Counted from the stretch's first letter, positions 37,604 through 47,516 are shown. The stretch is 64,000 nucleotides of DNA from a candidate division WWE3 bacterium (GCA_026396615.1 JAPLWK010000011.1:962-64961), one strand, 5' to 3'. The notes: a model not told the origin generated them from the letters alone. Program-made: numbers and translations.

Positions 37604-37991
37604 TTTTAGATCCACAAAAAATCTTTAAATATTTAATTCTGTCATTTCGTAATTTGTTCTTTGGTAACATCCCAAGCACCGCTTGTCGAATCACTTCCGC
37701 CGGATCGCGTTTTAATAATCTTTCCAAAGATTCTTCTTTAAGACCTTTGGGAAAGCCGCTGTGACGCACATAAATCTTATTAATTAATTTATTGCCGGTA
37801 ATCTGAACTTTAGAAGCGTTGATAACGGTGACCACATCAGAATTGACTAGATGTGACGCATTTAAGACCTTACCTTTGCCAAGAAGATACCGAGCCGCTT
37901 CCGAGGCAATCCGCCCCAAAGTATTAGTACTGGCGTCAATAGTAACGTTATTACGAATTATTTCTTTTGAGCTTAAAGTTCTAGTTTCCAT
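37590..37991 (-). CDS. rplM: 50S ribosomal protein L13
   Basis: LGRIAS, VINASKV, HSGFPKGLK, GMLPKNKL. Confidence 0.96.
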   Translation of the reverse strand: METRTLSSKEIIRNNVTIDASTNTLGRIASEAARYLLGKGKVLNASHLVNSDVVTVINASKVQITGNKLINKIYVRHSGFPKGLKEESLERLLKRDPAEVIRQAVLGMLPKNKLRNDRIKYLKIFCGSKNGRK

Positions 37992-37995
37992 AAAA

Positions 37996-38484
37996 TTATT
38001 CTGCTTTCACTTCCGCCACCTCTTCGACGACTTCTGACTTATTCTCTGTGACTTTTGCCTTTTTCGGGGCCGTTTTTACAATAGTCTTCTTAACTTTCAT
38101 ATCTTCCTTAACAACCTTCTCCTTCTCAACTACATCATAAATAAAATCGACTTTAACCATCGGTGCTTTGTCTCCAACGCGAATACCAACTTTAGTTAAT
38201 GATAAATAGCCGCTATTCCGAGCCGTCAGTTTAGCAGATGTATCAATAATTTTCTTGGCCAAATCTTTATTACCGGTTTCGGTAATTAAGCGACGCAGGG
38301 CGGTAAGACCACCAATTTTAGCGATAGTTACCAGATGATCCGCGTGACTTCGCAACCATTTAGCCTTTGCTTCAGTGGTCGTAATCCCATCTTCCAGGAA
38401 CAAGGAACGCACCAAATTCCGAAGCAGTGAATTTCGATGGTCCCGATCGCGATTAAATTTTACTCGCTTTACTCTGTGACGCAT
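37996..38484 (-). CDS. rplQ: 50S ribosomal protein L17
   Basis: MRHR...HRNSLLRNL, ITTTEAKAK, R-GD-APM; Lys/Glu-rich tail. Confidence 0.96.
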   Translation of the reverse strand: MRHRVKRVKFNRDRDHRNSLLRNLVRSLFLEDGITTTEAKAKWLRSHADHLVTIAKIGGLTALRRLITETGNKDLAKKIIDTSAKLTARNSGYLSLTKVGIRVGDKAPMVKVDFIYDVVEKEKVVKEDMKVKKTIVKTAPKKAKVTENKSEVVEEVAEVKAE

Positions 38485-38490
38485 AAATTA

Positions 38491-39429
38491 TTAACGTAAA
38501 CCTTCGCTTTTAAGCACGTCGGTAATTTCTTGGACTGATTTTTCGCCTAAGTTTTTGATTTTTAAAATTTTCTCATCTGGCAAGGCCCCTAAATCAGCCA
38601 AGGTTTTAAGATCAGCCCGTTTTAAGGCGTTAATCGTCCGAGTTGGCAGATTCAGTTCATCGAGTAGCACATCCGCGGCGGAAACAGTGCGGCCTCGAGC
38701 TTTCTTGGGAGCGGCTTCGGAAGCAACATTGGCGACCTCTTCAACCATGGAATCTTTACCGGAAGCAAGGCGCTCAAAAAATACTTGTAAAGTATTAGAG
38801 GCCGACATTAAAGCCGCTCTTGGTGAAATAGCACCGTTAGTGGTAATTTCTAAAATTAAACGGTCAAAATCGGATTTCTGGCCAATCCGGGCCGGCTCAA
38901 TCTTATAGGTAACCAAAACGACCGGGGAAAAGAGACTATCGACTGCAATGACGCCGATTTTATTGCTTTCGTGATCCTCGGCAGTGGCGTAACCAATGCC
39001 TTTTTCAATCACTAACTCCGCTTCCAAATGAGCGCTTTTACTACCTAAAGTGGCGATGATCTGATCTTTATTAATCACTTCCAAGCCTTCGGGAAGATCT
39101 AAATCGGCTGCGGTAACAGTGGTTAAGCCCTTGGCATCTAAAGTAACCACAACCGGGTCAGTGCCTTCGTAATTAAAATGAATTGACTTCAAATTTAAAA
39201 GAATGTCGATAACATCCTCTTTAACCCCTGGAATATTGGTAAATTGATGAGTCACACCGGCAAATTTAATGGTGGTAATAGCGGCACCGGGAATGCTGCT
39301 CAGCAACATGCGGCGCAAACTGGTTCCTAAAGTATGACCAAATCCCGCCGGAAGTGGTTCTAAAGCGAATTTTCCATAAGTGGCGTTTTCCACTTCGGCT
39401 TTAATTTTGGCATCGCTTGGTTGAAGCAT
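38491..39429 (-). CDS. rpoA: RNA polymerase alpha subunit
   Basis: EPLPAGFGHTLGTSLRRMLLSSIPG, GVKEDV, alpha-CTD NLGEKS; start at MLQPSD. Confidence 0.97.
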   Translation of the reverse strand: MLQPSDAKIKAEVENATYGKFALEPLPAGFGHTLGTSLRRMLLSSIPGAAITTIKFAGVTHQFTNIPGVKEDVIDILLNLKSIHFNYEGTDPVVVTLDAKGLTTVTAADLDLPEGLEVINKDQIIATLGSKSAHLEAELVIEKGIGYATAEDHESNKIGVIAVDSLFSPVVLVTYKIEPARIGQKSDFDRLILEITTNGAISPRAALMSASNTLQVFFERLASGKDSMVEEVANVASEAAPKKARGRTVSAADVLLDELNLPTRTINALKRADLKTLADLGALPDEKILKIKNLGEKSVQEITDVLKSEGLR

Positions 39430-39439
39430 AAATTTAATC

Positions 39440-40033
39440 CTATCTGGAGTAATACTCCACAATTAATTGTTCCTCATAATCGGCGTCAATTTGATCTCGA
39501 GTTGGAAGGGCCACTACTTTGGCCGTCGCAGACTGCGCGTTTAATTCTAACCAAGTTGGTAATTTATAATCGGAACGAATAACAGCTCCCGCGAGCGTTA
39601 AAGTATCATTAACACCAACACTGTAACTAGGATGCGTAACTTTAATGCCATTAACCGTAGCTTTACCGGAGACTATGGATTTACGAGCAGCGGCCCGCGA
39701 CATCGCCAAACCACTTCTAAACATAGCATTATCAAGGCGTCGCTCCAAAAGATTTAATAAAACCTCACCGGTTACTCCGGTTACCCGAGCCGCTTCTTCA
39801 TAATAGTTTCTAAAAGCTCGTTCTAAAAGTCCGTAGGCTCGCTTAACCCGTTGTTTAGCCCGCAGTTGTAACCCAAAGGCGGAAGGCCGTCGTTTGGCAT
39901 TACCGTGCATTCCTGGTGCTTGTTGCTTTTTATTTAAAGCGCACTTAGGCCCACTACAACGCAGTCCCTTTAGGAATAGCTTTACCCCCTCGCGACGACA
40001 TAATCTGCATTTTGGTCCGGTGTATCTAGACAT
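39440..40033 (-). CDS. rpsD: 30S ribosomal protein S4
   Basis: MSRYTGPKCRLCRREG, LERRLDN, LIVEYYSR. Confidence 0.97.
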   Translation of the reverse strand: MSRYTGPKCRLCRREGVKLFLKGLRCSGPKCALNKKQQAPGMHGNAKRRPSAFGLQLRAKQRVKRAYGLLERAFRNYYEEAARVTGVTGEVLLNLLERRLDNAMFRSGLAMSRAAARKSIVSGKATVNGIKVTHPSYSVGVNDTLTLAGAVIRSDYKLPTWLELNAQSATAKVVALPTRDQIDADYEEQLIVEYYSR

Positions 40034-40036
40034 AAA

Positions 40037-40411
40037 TTAAACGCGCCTCCGTTTCTCGGGCCTACAACCATTGTGAGGAATCGGGGTTACATCGGCAATT
40101 GACGTGACCTGAAGCCCAGCGGCCCGTAAACTCTTGATAGCATTTACACGACCCGATCCCGGTCCTTTAACGAAAATACTAACCTCCCGAATTCCGCGAT
40201 CTAAAGCCTTTTTAGCGACTTGCTCGGCCGCCATGGAAGCGGCGTACGGGGTAGCTCTTTTAGAACCTTTAAAGCCGCTGGAACCGCTGCTACTCCAAGC
40301 CACTACTTTATCATCACCAGTCGTAATCGTAATAATAGTATTATTAAACCCCGCCATAATGTGGGCCTTGCCGTACGGATTACTATTTACTTTTATTGCA
40401 GTGTTCGCCAT
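40037..40411 (-). CDS. rpsK: 30S ribosomal protein S11
   Basis: [31 protein letters not shown]. Confidence 0.97.
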   Translation of the reverse strand: MANTAIKVNSNPYGKAHIMAGFNNTIITITTGDDKVVAWSSSGSSGFKGSKRATPYAASMAAEQVAKKALDRGIREVSIFVKGPGSGRVNAIKSLRAAGLQVTSIADVTPIPHNGCRPEKRRRV

Positions 40412-40415
40412 AATA

Positions 40416-40808
40416 TTATGTCTTTTCTAATGATTTCTTACCACCGGAGCCACCAACTGTAATCTTCTTACCACGACGAGTTCGGGCGTTAGTCCGAGTT
40501 CGTTGCCCACGGGACGGTAAATTCCTTTTGTGGCGCCAACCTCGGTAACTGCCAATATCTTTTAAGCGACGGATATTAGAAGCCACGGTGCGACGTAATT
40601 CGCCTTCAGTCACAATGTGATTTTTTTCTACAATTGCTCGTAACTTGGCCAAATCCTCATCGGTGAGATCTTTTACCATTAAATACTCCGAAATTCCCGC
40701 TTCTTTAAGAATCTTTTGAGAATTAGGAATTCCAATCCCGTAAATATAGGTTAAAGCGACTTTCATTCGCTTATTATTTGGTAAATCTACTCCTACAAGT
40801 CTAGCCAT
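40416..40808 (-). CDS. rpsM: 30S ribosomal protein S13
   Basis: [31 protein letters not shown]. Confidence 0.97.
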   Translation of the reverse strand: MARLVGVDLPNNKRMKVALTYIYGIGIPNSQKILKEAGISEYLMVKDLTDEDLAKLRAIVEKNHIVTEGELRRTVASNIRRLKDIGSYRGWRHKRNLPSRGQRTRTNARTRRGKKITVGGSGGKKSLEKT

Positions 40809-40811
40809 AAT

Positions 40812-40925
40812 TTAACCTTGTCGTTGTTTGTGCTTTGGGTTTGAGCAGATAACCCGAACCACGCCTTCTCGGCGAATTACTTTACATTTTTGACAAATTT
40901 TCTTAACGGAAGCGCGCACTTTCAT
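40812..40925 (-). CDS. rpmJ: 50S ribosomal protein L36 (not in the ORF track)
   Basis: Translates as [37 protein letters not shown]. Confidence 0.97.
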   Translation of the reverse strand: MKVRASVKKICQKCKVIRREGVVRVICSNPKHKQRQG

Positions 40926-40934
40926 GTTAATAAA

Positions 40935-41156
40935 TCATTTACTCCTAAAAACGATCCGACCACGAGTTAAGTCGTGCGGACTAAACTCCACTCTTACACG
41001 GTCTCCTATTAAAATCCTAATCGAAAAACGGCGCATCTTGCCGGAGATTGTTCCCAAAGCCTTTGTGCCGTCATCTAGATCAATTCTAAAATTAGCACTA
41101 GGCAGTGATTCCACCACAATTCCCGATTTTTCAATTAAGCCACTGTTTTTTCCCAT
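40935..41156 (-). CDS. infA: Translation initiation factor IF-1
   Basis: [30 protein letters not shown]. Confidence 0.97.
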   Translation of the reverse strand: MGKNSGLIEKSGIVVESLPSANFRIDLDDGTKALGTISGKMRRFSIRILIGDRVRVEFSPHDLTRGRIVFRSK

Positions 41157-41202
41157 AAAAGATCTCCCCTATTGAGGAGAACATTGACGGAACTTTATCA
41201 AA

Positions 41203-41973
41203 TTAAGACGCCGCTGTCAACACTTGCGGGCCGTTTAATGTTACGGCAACCGTATGTTCAAACAGACCGGCAATACTACCGTCAGAAGTGACAATAGTCC
41301 AGTCATCAGAACTTGTTTTCATATCGCCCTCGCCAAAGCAATAAATAATCTCAATGGCCAGCACCATGCCTTCTTTTATAGTCACGTCGGAGCCCATTAA
41401 TAACACTCCCGGAATATCGGGATCTTCGTGTAGTGATCTGCCAACGCCGTGTCCAGTCAGTTCGTAGACCACGCCATAACCATTTTTCTCCTCAATTTCT
41501 TCTTCTATGACTCGACTAATATCAGAAATTTTATTACCGACGCGAGCCTTATCAATAGCTTTATCTAGTGTAATTTGACCGACCTCAAGGAACCTCTCAA
41601 TAATATTGTCTTTCGTGACGTCGCCACAGGGGACGTAAACTGTAGTCGCGGTATCAGAATGCCAACCGTCCAAAATGACGCCGAGATCTATTTTGACGAC
41701 ATCGCCGGCTTTAATGATGACGTCTTTTGACGGCAGTCCGTGCACAATGCCGTCGTTAACGTTAATGCAAGTGCCAAATTTGTAACCGGAAACAGTTTTA
41801 AAAGATGGCTCGACTTTATTTTCAGCCATGAGCCCTTCAGCAAAGTTGTTGAGTTCCAGCGTCGACACACCTACCCCAACCTGAGCGGCGGTTTTTTTAA
41901 GAATTTCCCCAGCAATTATGCCGCTAGCTCGCATGGCTTTAATATCTTCTGGAGATTTAATAGTTATAGACAC
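41203..41973 (-). CDS. map: Methionine aminopeptidase type I
   Basis: VHGLP, DLG...DTA, TGHGVG, HEDP, AIE, FEHTV. Confidence 0.96.
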   Translation of the reverse strand: MSITIKSPEDIKAMRASGIIAGEILKKTAAQVGVGVSTLELNNFAEGLMAENKVEPSFKTVSGYKFGTCINVNDGIVHGLPSKDVIIKAGDVVKIDLGVILDGWHSDTATTVYVPCGDVTKDNIIERFLEVGQITLDKAIDKARVGNKISDISRVIEEEIEEKNGYGVVYELTGHGVGRSLHEDPDIPGVLLMGSDVTIKEGMVLAIEIIYCFGEGDMKTSSDDWTIVTSDGSIAGLFEHTVAVTLNGPQVLTAAS

Positions 41974-42012
41974 CCCTCTATTTTATCATGAAATTATAAG
42001 TGATTACGACGA

Positions 42013-42741
42013 TTACTGAATATTTAGTACCACGGTTAACACTGAAGAGGTAAAAACAGCTATGTAAATCGATAAAATAAAGTAAATAACTAATTTCTCT
42101 AACTTCGTCGCTGGAACTGCAGTTATTACAACTAGTGTTTTAGCAACCCTATCATGCCAAGATTGATGTTTCTTATCAAAAACTGAAACAAAAAAGCCAA
42201 TTGTAAAATATAGTATAAGTAATGCTAAAAATATAATTATATTTAAAGCTAGTACATTAGCGATCACAAGATTAACATCAACCGGAAGTAGGTTAAGTAA
42301 TTTATCAAGACCGCAAGTAAAGATAACAAATTCTAATATACCGGCGCCTACAATTAGTAGAACAGCGTGCAACCTAATTAAGCAACTACTTAATTTAAGT
42401 CGATCACCGTTTTCGTCAATCACCGAGATTCCAAGAACACTGTTTCCAGGGGTGCGGCCATGGTTTTTAAACCAGAAAAAACAGAAATAAAGAACTATGA
42501 AAACAAAATGAAAGAAAATAGATATACCGTCGCCATCTCCAGAAACTCGATGGTAAGCAGGGTTTAAATAATCATATACGTTACTGGCTACTCGATCGAT
42601 ATAGTAATAAGTAAAATTTATTAATATTACATCGATTACTAAAGCAAGTGCTCGTCGCCAAAAACTGGCGTACTTTGGAGGAATCGAGATAATTGAAGTT
42701 GCGTTGATGGTATCAGGGTGATTTTTTATAGTTGCTGTCAC
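42013..42741 (-). CDS. RDD-family membrane protein
   Basis: YASFWRRALALVID, GRTPG, QSWHDRVAKT. Confidence 0.88.
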   Translation of the reverse strand: MTATIKNHPDTINATSIISIPPKYASFWRRALALVIDVILINFTYYYIDRVASNVYDYLNPAYHRVSGDGDGISIFFHFVFIVLYFCFFWFKNHGRTPGNSVLGISVIDENGDRLKLSSCLIRLHAVLLIVGAGILEFVIFTCGLDKLLNLLPVDVNLVIANVLALNIIIFLALLILYFTIGFFVSVFDKKHQSWHDRVAKTLVVITAVPATKLEKLVIYFILSIYIAVFTSSVLTVVLNIQ

Positions 42742-42753
42742 ACGGCCATTTTA

Positions 42754-43047
42754 TCACGAGCAGGGGCTAAAGCGAATTGTGAGTCGGCAGTCGAGAGCGT
42801 CCGCGAGCCTCATCAAGAATTTGACAGAGGGGTTAGCTAAACCACTTTCTAACCTGGAAACTACTGCTTGCTTGGTGCCCATCTTTTTAGCCAGCTGAGT
42901 TTGCGTTAAACCTTTTTCCATCCGCGCTTTAAGAACCGCTTCCATAGCGGCATACTCCGGTTCTGCACGATCATATGCAGCTTTAATCTTTGGATTCTTC
43001 AAAGCCTCTTCAATAAATGGTGTTACATCTGGATATTCTCTTTTCAT
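42754..43047 (-). CDS. XRE-family HTH antitoxin (HigA-like)
   Basis: ARMEKGLTQTQLAKKMGTKQAVVSRLESG; downstream of the toxin. Confidence 0.88.
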   Translation of the reverse strand: MKREYPDVTPFIEEALKNPKIKAAYDRAEPEYAAMEAVLKARMEKGLTQTQLAKKMGTKQAVVSRLESGLANPSVKFLMRLADALDCRLTIRFSPCS

Positions 43048-43059
43048 ATAACTTATATG

Positions 43060-43389
43060 TTATATAATTTCTTTATATCTGTCAATGGCTTTTTTGATTT
43101 CTTTCGGAGGTGTTTTCTGACTTTGCTTCTTAAAACCATGCAGAAGATAAAAATCATTATTAATTATCGTATAAAAGATACGAACATTTATTTCCCCGGT
43201 AATCCGGAGCTCGTAAATATGGCTGGAAATCTTTTTACTAATTGGTGGTTTTAGAAAGGGGCCGTACTCCTTAAGCATTCTTACCGCGTTAATATATTTA
43301 CCATAAGTAGACTCGTCCAATGTTTCTACGAATTCCTGAACAGGCAATTCCTCTCTAGAAGTTTTATAGAACTTAACAAACCAACTCAC
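43060..43389 (-). CDS. RelE/ParE (HigB, phage Gp49-like) toxin
   Basis: IYELR, RIFY, LLHGFKKQSQKTP; toxin-before-antitoxin order. Confidence 0.88.
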   Translation of the reverse strand: MSWFVKFYKTSREELPVQEFVETLDESTYGKYINAVRMLKEYGPFLKPPISKKISSHIYELRITGEINVRIFYTIINNDFYLLHGFKKQSQKTPPKEIKKAIDRYKEII

Positions 43390-43414
43390 AAATAAATTCT
43401 AACACCAACAAGAC

Positions 43415-43461
43415 GTAGGGGCGGGTTTTTCCCGCCCCGAAGGGGCCCCTTCGGGGCCCGC
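43415..43461. repeat. GTAG-type REP with nested ccccgaagggg hairpins
   Basis: gtaggggcgggtttttcccgccccgaaggggccccttcggggcccgc. Confidence 0.75.
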
Positions 43462-43465
43462 AATT

Positions 43466-43654
43466 TCAATTCGCGTAATTTTCTAAATAGCCTCAGCTTT
43501 TACAACGATAAGCTGAAACTGGTTTAAAATCTTTAAACTTAAGAAATGGTACTTTTGTACCTTTAAACCAGGAAAGTAACCTTGCGGCATACGCTGGAAA
43601 AGAACCTAAGTCAAACTCCCCACCGCAAATTGGACATTTTCGATCTGGTTTCAT
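43466..43654 (-). pseudogene. Small zinc-ribbon protein gene with an in-frame TGA at the fourth Cys position
   Basis: MKPDRKCPICGG...AYRCKS(TGA)GYLENYAN*; SD AGGTGG; TGA at 43493-43495. Confidence 0.65.
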
Positions 43655-43671
43655 AAACACCACCTAGTTAT

Positions 43672-44301
43672 TTAGTGAGTATTAGTTTTTACCCACTTTT
43701 GAAAAATATCAAATAAATAACTCAAACTTAATGGCGATGTACTTACTGGTGTCATATAGGCAGCCAAAGCAACACTAAGTGGAATGTATACCACAATAGA
43801 AATAATTGGAACCACTAAATACCCTAACAAATACATGCTTGTAGTGGCTGGACCACCATCTTCAACAACGATAGTCTTCGCAATTTTGTCATGCCAGGTT
43901 TGCTTCTTTTTGTCGCGGTAGGCCCAAATATAACCAAGCAGAAATACGTATGAAGAAACGAGAGTAAAAATCTGACGTAAACCAGCAGTAACCCAATCAA
44001 TTGGCCGACCATCTTCCCGAACAATTCGAATTTTCACTAATTTCTTTCCGGGTGTTTGGCCATTTGTTTGCACCCAAAGAATTACATAGTATAGAAAAGA
44101 GATCAAATAAGAAATATTACTAGCAATCGCTGTAGGAATTATTTTTCCAAGAACAACGCGTAATAATAACGTAATACAACCAATAATTAAACCATCGACC
44201 GCTAAAGCAGCGCCACGACGGTAGAATCCTGCATAATTGGGTTGATTAGAATTTATTGGAGCCGTCGAAACGGACGGGTTGTTGAGAGTAACTTGTTCCA
44301 T
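43672..44301 (-). CDS. RDD-family membrane protein
   Basis: YAGFYRRGAALAVD, GQTPGKK, QTWHDKIAKT; start at MEQVTLN. Confidence 0.88.
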   Translation of the reverse strand: MEQVTLNNPSVSTAPINSNQPNYAGFYRRGAALAVDGLIIGCITLLLRVVLGKIIPTAIASNISYLISFLYYVILWVQTNGQTPGKKLVKIRIVREDGRPIDWVTAGLRQIFTLVSSYVFLLGYIWAYRDKKKQTWHDKIAKTIVVEDGGPATTSMYLLGYLVVPIISIVVYIPLSVALAAYMTPVSTSPLSLSYLFDIFQKWVKTNTH

Positions 44302-44305
44302 AAAT

Positions 44306-45169
44306 TTATTTTTGCCCTCCTTTAGGCAACGGAATAATACCAGCCATATCACCAATCACGTTAACAAGTTCTTTGTCGCTGGGAACGATTATTTTAGAGT
44401 TATTACTTAAAGCTTTTTCCACGGCTTCAATACGGCGGAGCACCTGAGCGTTACCGACGAAGTATTTTTCCGCGGATTCGTTAACGAGTTTTATAGCTTC
44501 GGCTTCGCCTTCGGCCTCTAAAATATTGGCTTGCTTAATACCCTCGGCTTTCTTGATTTCGGCTCGCTTTTGGCCATCTGCGGCCGTTTCGGTCGCCGTA
44601 GCGTAATCAATGGCAGCGATCTTCTCGTTCTCGGCTTTAACAACTTTATTCATCGTTTCCTGCACGTCTTTAGGCGGATCAATTTCTTTAAGTTCGGTGC
44701 GAACAATTTCCAGACCCCAAGAGCCGGTTTCATCACGGAGTGTTTTCTGTAACTCAAAATTAATGCGACCGCGCTCGCTATTAGCTGACTTTAAAGTCAT
44801 GGTGCCGATAATGTTACGGAGAGTGGTGCGGGCTAAACTGACGATTTGGTAGTAATAATTATTAACACTGTATTGGGATTTTTTAACGCTGTCTTCGTCG
44901 TTCTTGACTTTAAAATAAACTTGGGCGTCGACGGTGGCGTTTAAATTATCGTTGGTAATAATTTCCTGAGGTTCGGCATTGACCATTTGTTCAGTGACGT
45001 CAACCGTGGCGATGCGGTCAATAAAGGGAATAATCCAGTTAAAACCGGCATCGGCAAAATGATGATACTTACCAAGACGCTCCACCACACCGCGATGAGT
45101 GGGCCGAATAATTCTGATCCCGGCGAAAAAGACGAAAACTAAAAGGCAGATTATTAAAAATAAATACAT
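44306..45169 (-). CDS. SPFH/Band 7 (stomatin/QmcA-like) protein
   Basis: VVERLGKY, QEIITNDN, TTLRNIIG, WGLEI..ELKEIDPP. Confidence 0.92.
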   Translation of the reverse strand: MYLFLIICLLVFVFFAGIRIIRPTHRGVVERLGKYHHFADAGFNWIIPFIDRIATVDVTEQMVNAEPQEIITNDNLNATVDAQVYFKVKNDEDSVKKSQYSVNNYYYQIVSLARTTLRNIIGTMTLKSANSERGRINFELQKTLRDETGSWGLEIVRTELKEIDPPKDVQETMNKVVKAENEKIAAIDYATATETAADGQKRAEIKKAEGIKQANILEAEGEAEAIKLVNESAEKYFVGNAQVLRRIEAVEKALSNNSKIIVPSDKELVNVIGDMAGIIPLPKGGQK

Positions 45170-45193
45170 AGATTATTTACATTCTAGGGCGCT

Positions 45194-45733
45194 TTAGGCC
45201 ACTGTCAAGCCCAGTGCTACCTTAATATCCGAAAAAATCTTGGGGACCGGCTGTTCACCATTAATGACTTTAAGAATTCCGGCCACTTCGTACATTTTTA
45301 AAATCGGCTCCGTTTCGCGATGATATATTTCCAAACGCTTATGAACAATTTCTGGGGTGTCGTCCTCACGGCGCCGCAGTAACAACCGCTCAATGGAGAT
45401 TTTGTCGGAAACTGAGAGTTGCACTGCGTAATCAAATCTGATTGGTGAATGCTGCGCCTGATAAATATTCCTAGGGAAGCCATCCAGTATCACCCCTTTT
45501 TGGTAACTGGGTTTTCTAAACTCGACCGATAAGACCGCGAAAGTATCCTCGTCTGTAACTAGAAGACCACGCATGATTTTGTCGCGAATCCGACGCGCCA
45601 TTAATGAGTTACCATGTTCTAAACTTCGGAAGATATCGCCGGTCGAAATTGCCGGAATACCAAGAACGGCAGAGAGGAGACGCGCTTGAGTGGATTTTCC
45701 GCAGCCCATTGGTCCCAAAATGACTATGTTCAT
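45194..45733 (-). CDS. adk: Adenylate kinase (short, no LID)
   Basis: GPMGCGKSTQA, ISTGDIFR, LDGFPRN, RREDD. Confidence 0.9.
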   Translation of the reverse strand: MNIVILGPMGCGKSTQARLLSAVLGIPAISTGDIFRSLEHGNSLMARRIRDKIMRGLLVTDEDTFAVLSVEFRKPSYQKGVILDGFPRNIYQAQHSPIRFDYAVQLSVSDKISIERLLLRRREDDTPEIVHKRLEIYHRETEPILKMYEVAGILKVINGEQPVPKIFSDIKVALGLTVA

Positions 45734-45745
45734 ACTGAATTCCGA

Positions 45746-46006
45746 TTACATCTGCCCTTGAAACTTCTTCGCCAGTTTTTTCTGGGTCTCTTTAAACGCC
45801 TTGTTGATCGCTTCCCGAAGCCGTTTGTCTTCAACGCCACCAACTTCCAGACTTTCGACTCTAAAGTCACCGCGCATCTTTATTTTTACCCCGTGCTCCT
45901 CTGTTTCCAAGAACATCTCTTCCATTTGCTTTTTCATAGCCAGCTGTTTTTTTATGGTCGAAGCTTGATCTTTTTTAGCGTCTATAAAATCAGTAATTTT
46001 AGACAT
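45746..46006 (-). CDS. YbaB/EbfC-like nucleoid-associated protein
   Basis: 86 aa; GVKIKMRGD...EAINKAFKETQKK pattern. Confidence 0.55.
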   Translation of the reverse strand: MSKITDFIDAKKDQASTIKKQLAMKKQMEEMFLETEEHGVKIKMRGDFRVESLEVGGVEDKRLREAINKAFKETQKKLAKKFQGQM

Positions 46007-46009
46007 ATA

Positions 46010-47302
46010 TCATTTCAAAAAAGAATCGTAGTCACGGGTCACCAGTAAAGACTCGACTTGCTTTACTGATTCTAGCACAACCGAAACTACGATTAGAACA
46101 CTGGTACCGCCAATGGCGAGAGAAGCGGCTGTCGCGAATAAATTCTGCATTAGTGATGGCAGAACTGCAACGAGACCGAGGAAAATTGCTCCAGACAAAG
46201 TAATGCGAGCCAGAATCCAGTTTAGAAAGTTGACTGTCGGCTTCCCCGGCCGAATTCCCGGGATAAACCTACCACTTTTCATAAACTCATCAGCAATTTT
46301 TTCAGGATTAAACGAAATTACAGTATAAAAGAAGGTGAAAGCCACCACCATCACAAAGTAAAAAATATTATAGACTGCTTTTTGAGGAGTAAAGTTAACA
46401 ATTAACCAATTGGCAACGGCTCTAATTTGCGGCTCCGAGAAACGTTGTAAAAATTGACCCAGCGAGGCCGGCAACATTACTACTGCCACCGCAAAAATAA
46501 TCGGCATCACCCCGGCCTGATTCACTTTTAACGGTAAGTGAGTTGGGGCTTCACTGTAACCTCCGGTACTATTAGTGCGACGCGCCACGTGAATTGGAAT
46601 CCGGCGCTCCCCTTCGTTAACGGCCACAATGGCAATGATAATAGCCACCGCCGCCACTCCCAGCGCAATTAAATTAAAGGAGTTTTCGGGAGTAATAGTT
46701 TGGGTTAGTGACGAAAAGGCCGAGGGCAAACGGCTTAAAATGCCGGCGGTGATAACCACCGAAATTCCGTTACCAATGCCATATTCCGTGAGTAATTCTC
46801 CCAGCCACATCATGATCATCGTTCCGGCAACCAGTGTGATGATCAGAGTCCCCAGCTCCCACCACTGCAAACTCCCGAAAATATTGATTTGTTTGGAAAG
46901 TAGAAAATAGAGGCCAACGGCTTGAACGATGGCGAGAGGAACAGTTAAAAGACGGGTCCACTGATTAATCTTTTCGTACCCTCCCGGCTCTTTTTGCAAA
47001 GCTTCGATTTTTGGCAAGGCCATCCCTAGTAACTGAAAAATAACGGAAGCGGTGATATAAGGGTTAAGGCTTAAACTGGCGATTGAAAAATGTTGTAAAT
47101 TCCCACCACTAAATAAATCAAAAAGACCAAAAAAAGCGTTGCGAGAGAGCAAATCGCGTAGCTTACTAACGTCAACGCCAGGCAGAGGAATATTTGACAG
47201 AACCCTAAGGAGCGCCAAAATCAGGATAGTAAACAAAATCCGCCGTCGCAACTCCGGCACCTCCCACATATTGCGAATAGTTCGAATAATTTTATCGATC
47301 AT
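46010..47302 (-). CDS. secY: Protein translocase subunit SecY
   Basis: RRILFT, PYITAS, GIGNGIS, NQAGVMPIIFA, IPGIRPG, GGTSVLIVV. Confidence 0.97.
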   Translation of the reverse strand: MIDKIIRTIRNMWEVPELRRRILFTILILALLRVLSNIPLPGVDVSKLRDLLSRNAFFGLFDLFSGGNLQHFSIASLSLNPYITASVIFQLLGMALPKIEALQKEPGGYEKINQWTRLLTVPLAIVQAVGLYFLLSKQINIFGSLQWWELGTLIITLVAGTMIMMWLGELLTEYGIGNGISVVITAGILSRLPSAFSSLTQTITPENSFNLIALGVAAVAIIIAIVAVNEGERRIPIHVARRTNSTGGYSEAPTHLPLKVNQAGVMPIIFAVAVVMLPASLGQFLQRFSEPQIRAVANWLIVNFTPQKAVYNIFYFVMVVAFTFFYTVISFNPEKIADEFMKSGRFIPGIRPGKPTVNFLNWILARITLSGAIFLGLVAVLPSLMQNLFATAASLAIGGTSVLIVVSVVLESVKQVESLLVTRDYDSFLK

Positions 47303-47309
47303 AAAAGAA

Positions 47310-47385
47310 TGGTCAGGGTGACAGGATTCGAACCTGCGGCCTCCAGTACCCCATACTGGCGCGCTACCAACTGCGCCACACCCTG
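47310..47385 (-). tRNA. tRNA-Pro(GGG)
   Basis: CAGGGTG/CACCCTG acceptor stem, CCAGT-ATGGGGT-ACTGG anticodon arm, GGTTCGAATCC, encoded CCA. Confidence 0.96.
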
Positions 47386-47426
47386 TAATTACGCCAGTTC
47401 ATGATAGCATACCAATAATACAAATT

Positions 47427-47510
47427 GTCATTCCGGGCTTGACCCGGAATCCAGTCAACAGATTAACAATTGGATCGAATTACTGGATTCTGAATCAAGT
47501 TCAGAATGAC
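47427..47510. repeat. Inverted pair of GTCATTC-type REPs
   Basis: Same pair as 18461-18590. Confidence 0.9.
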
Positions 47511-47516
47511 AAATTA

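Noticed and set aside
43493-43495. UGA reassignment (genetic code 25) suggested by an in-frame TGA
   Set aside because: TGA terminates conserved genes at their expected ends (argS, secY), and long ORFs are intact under the standard code.
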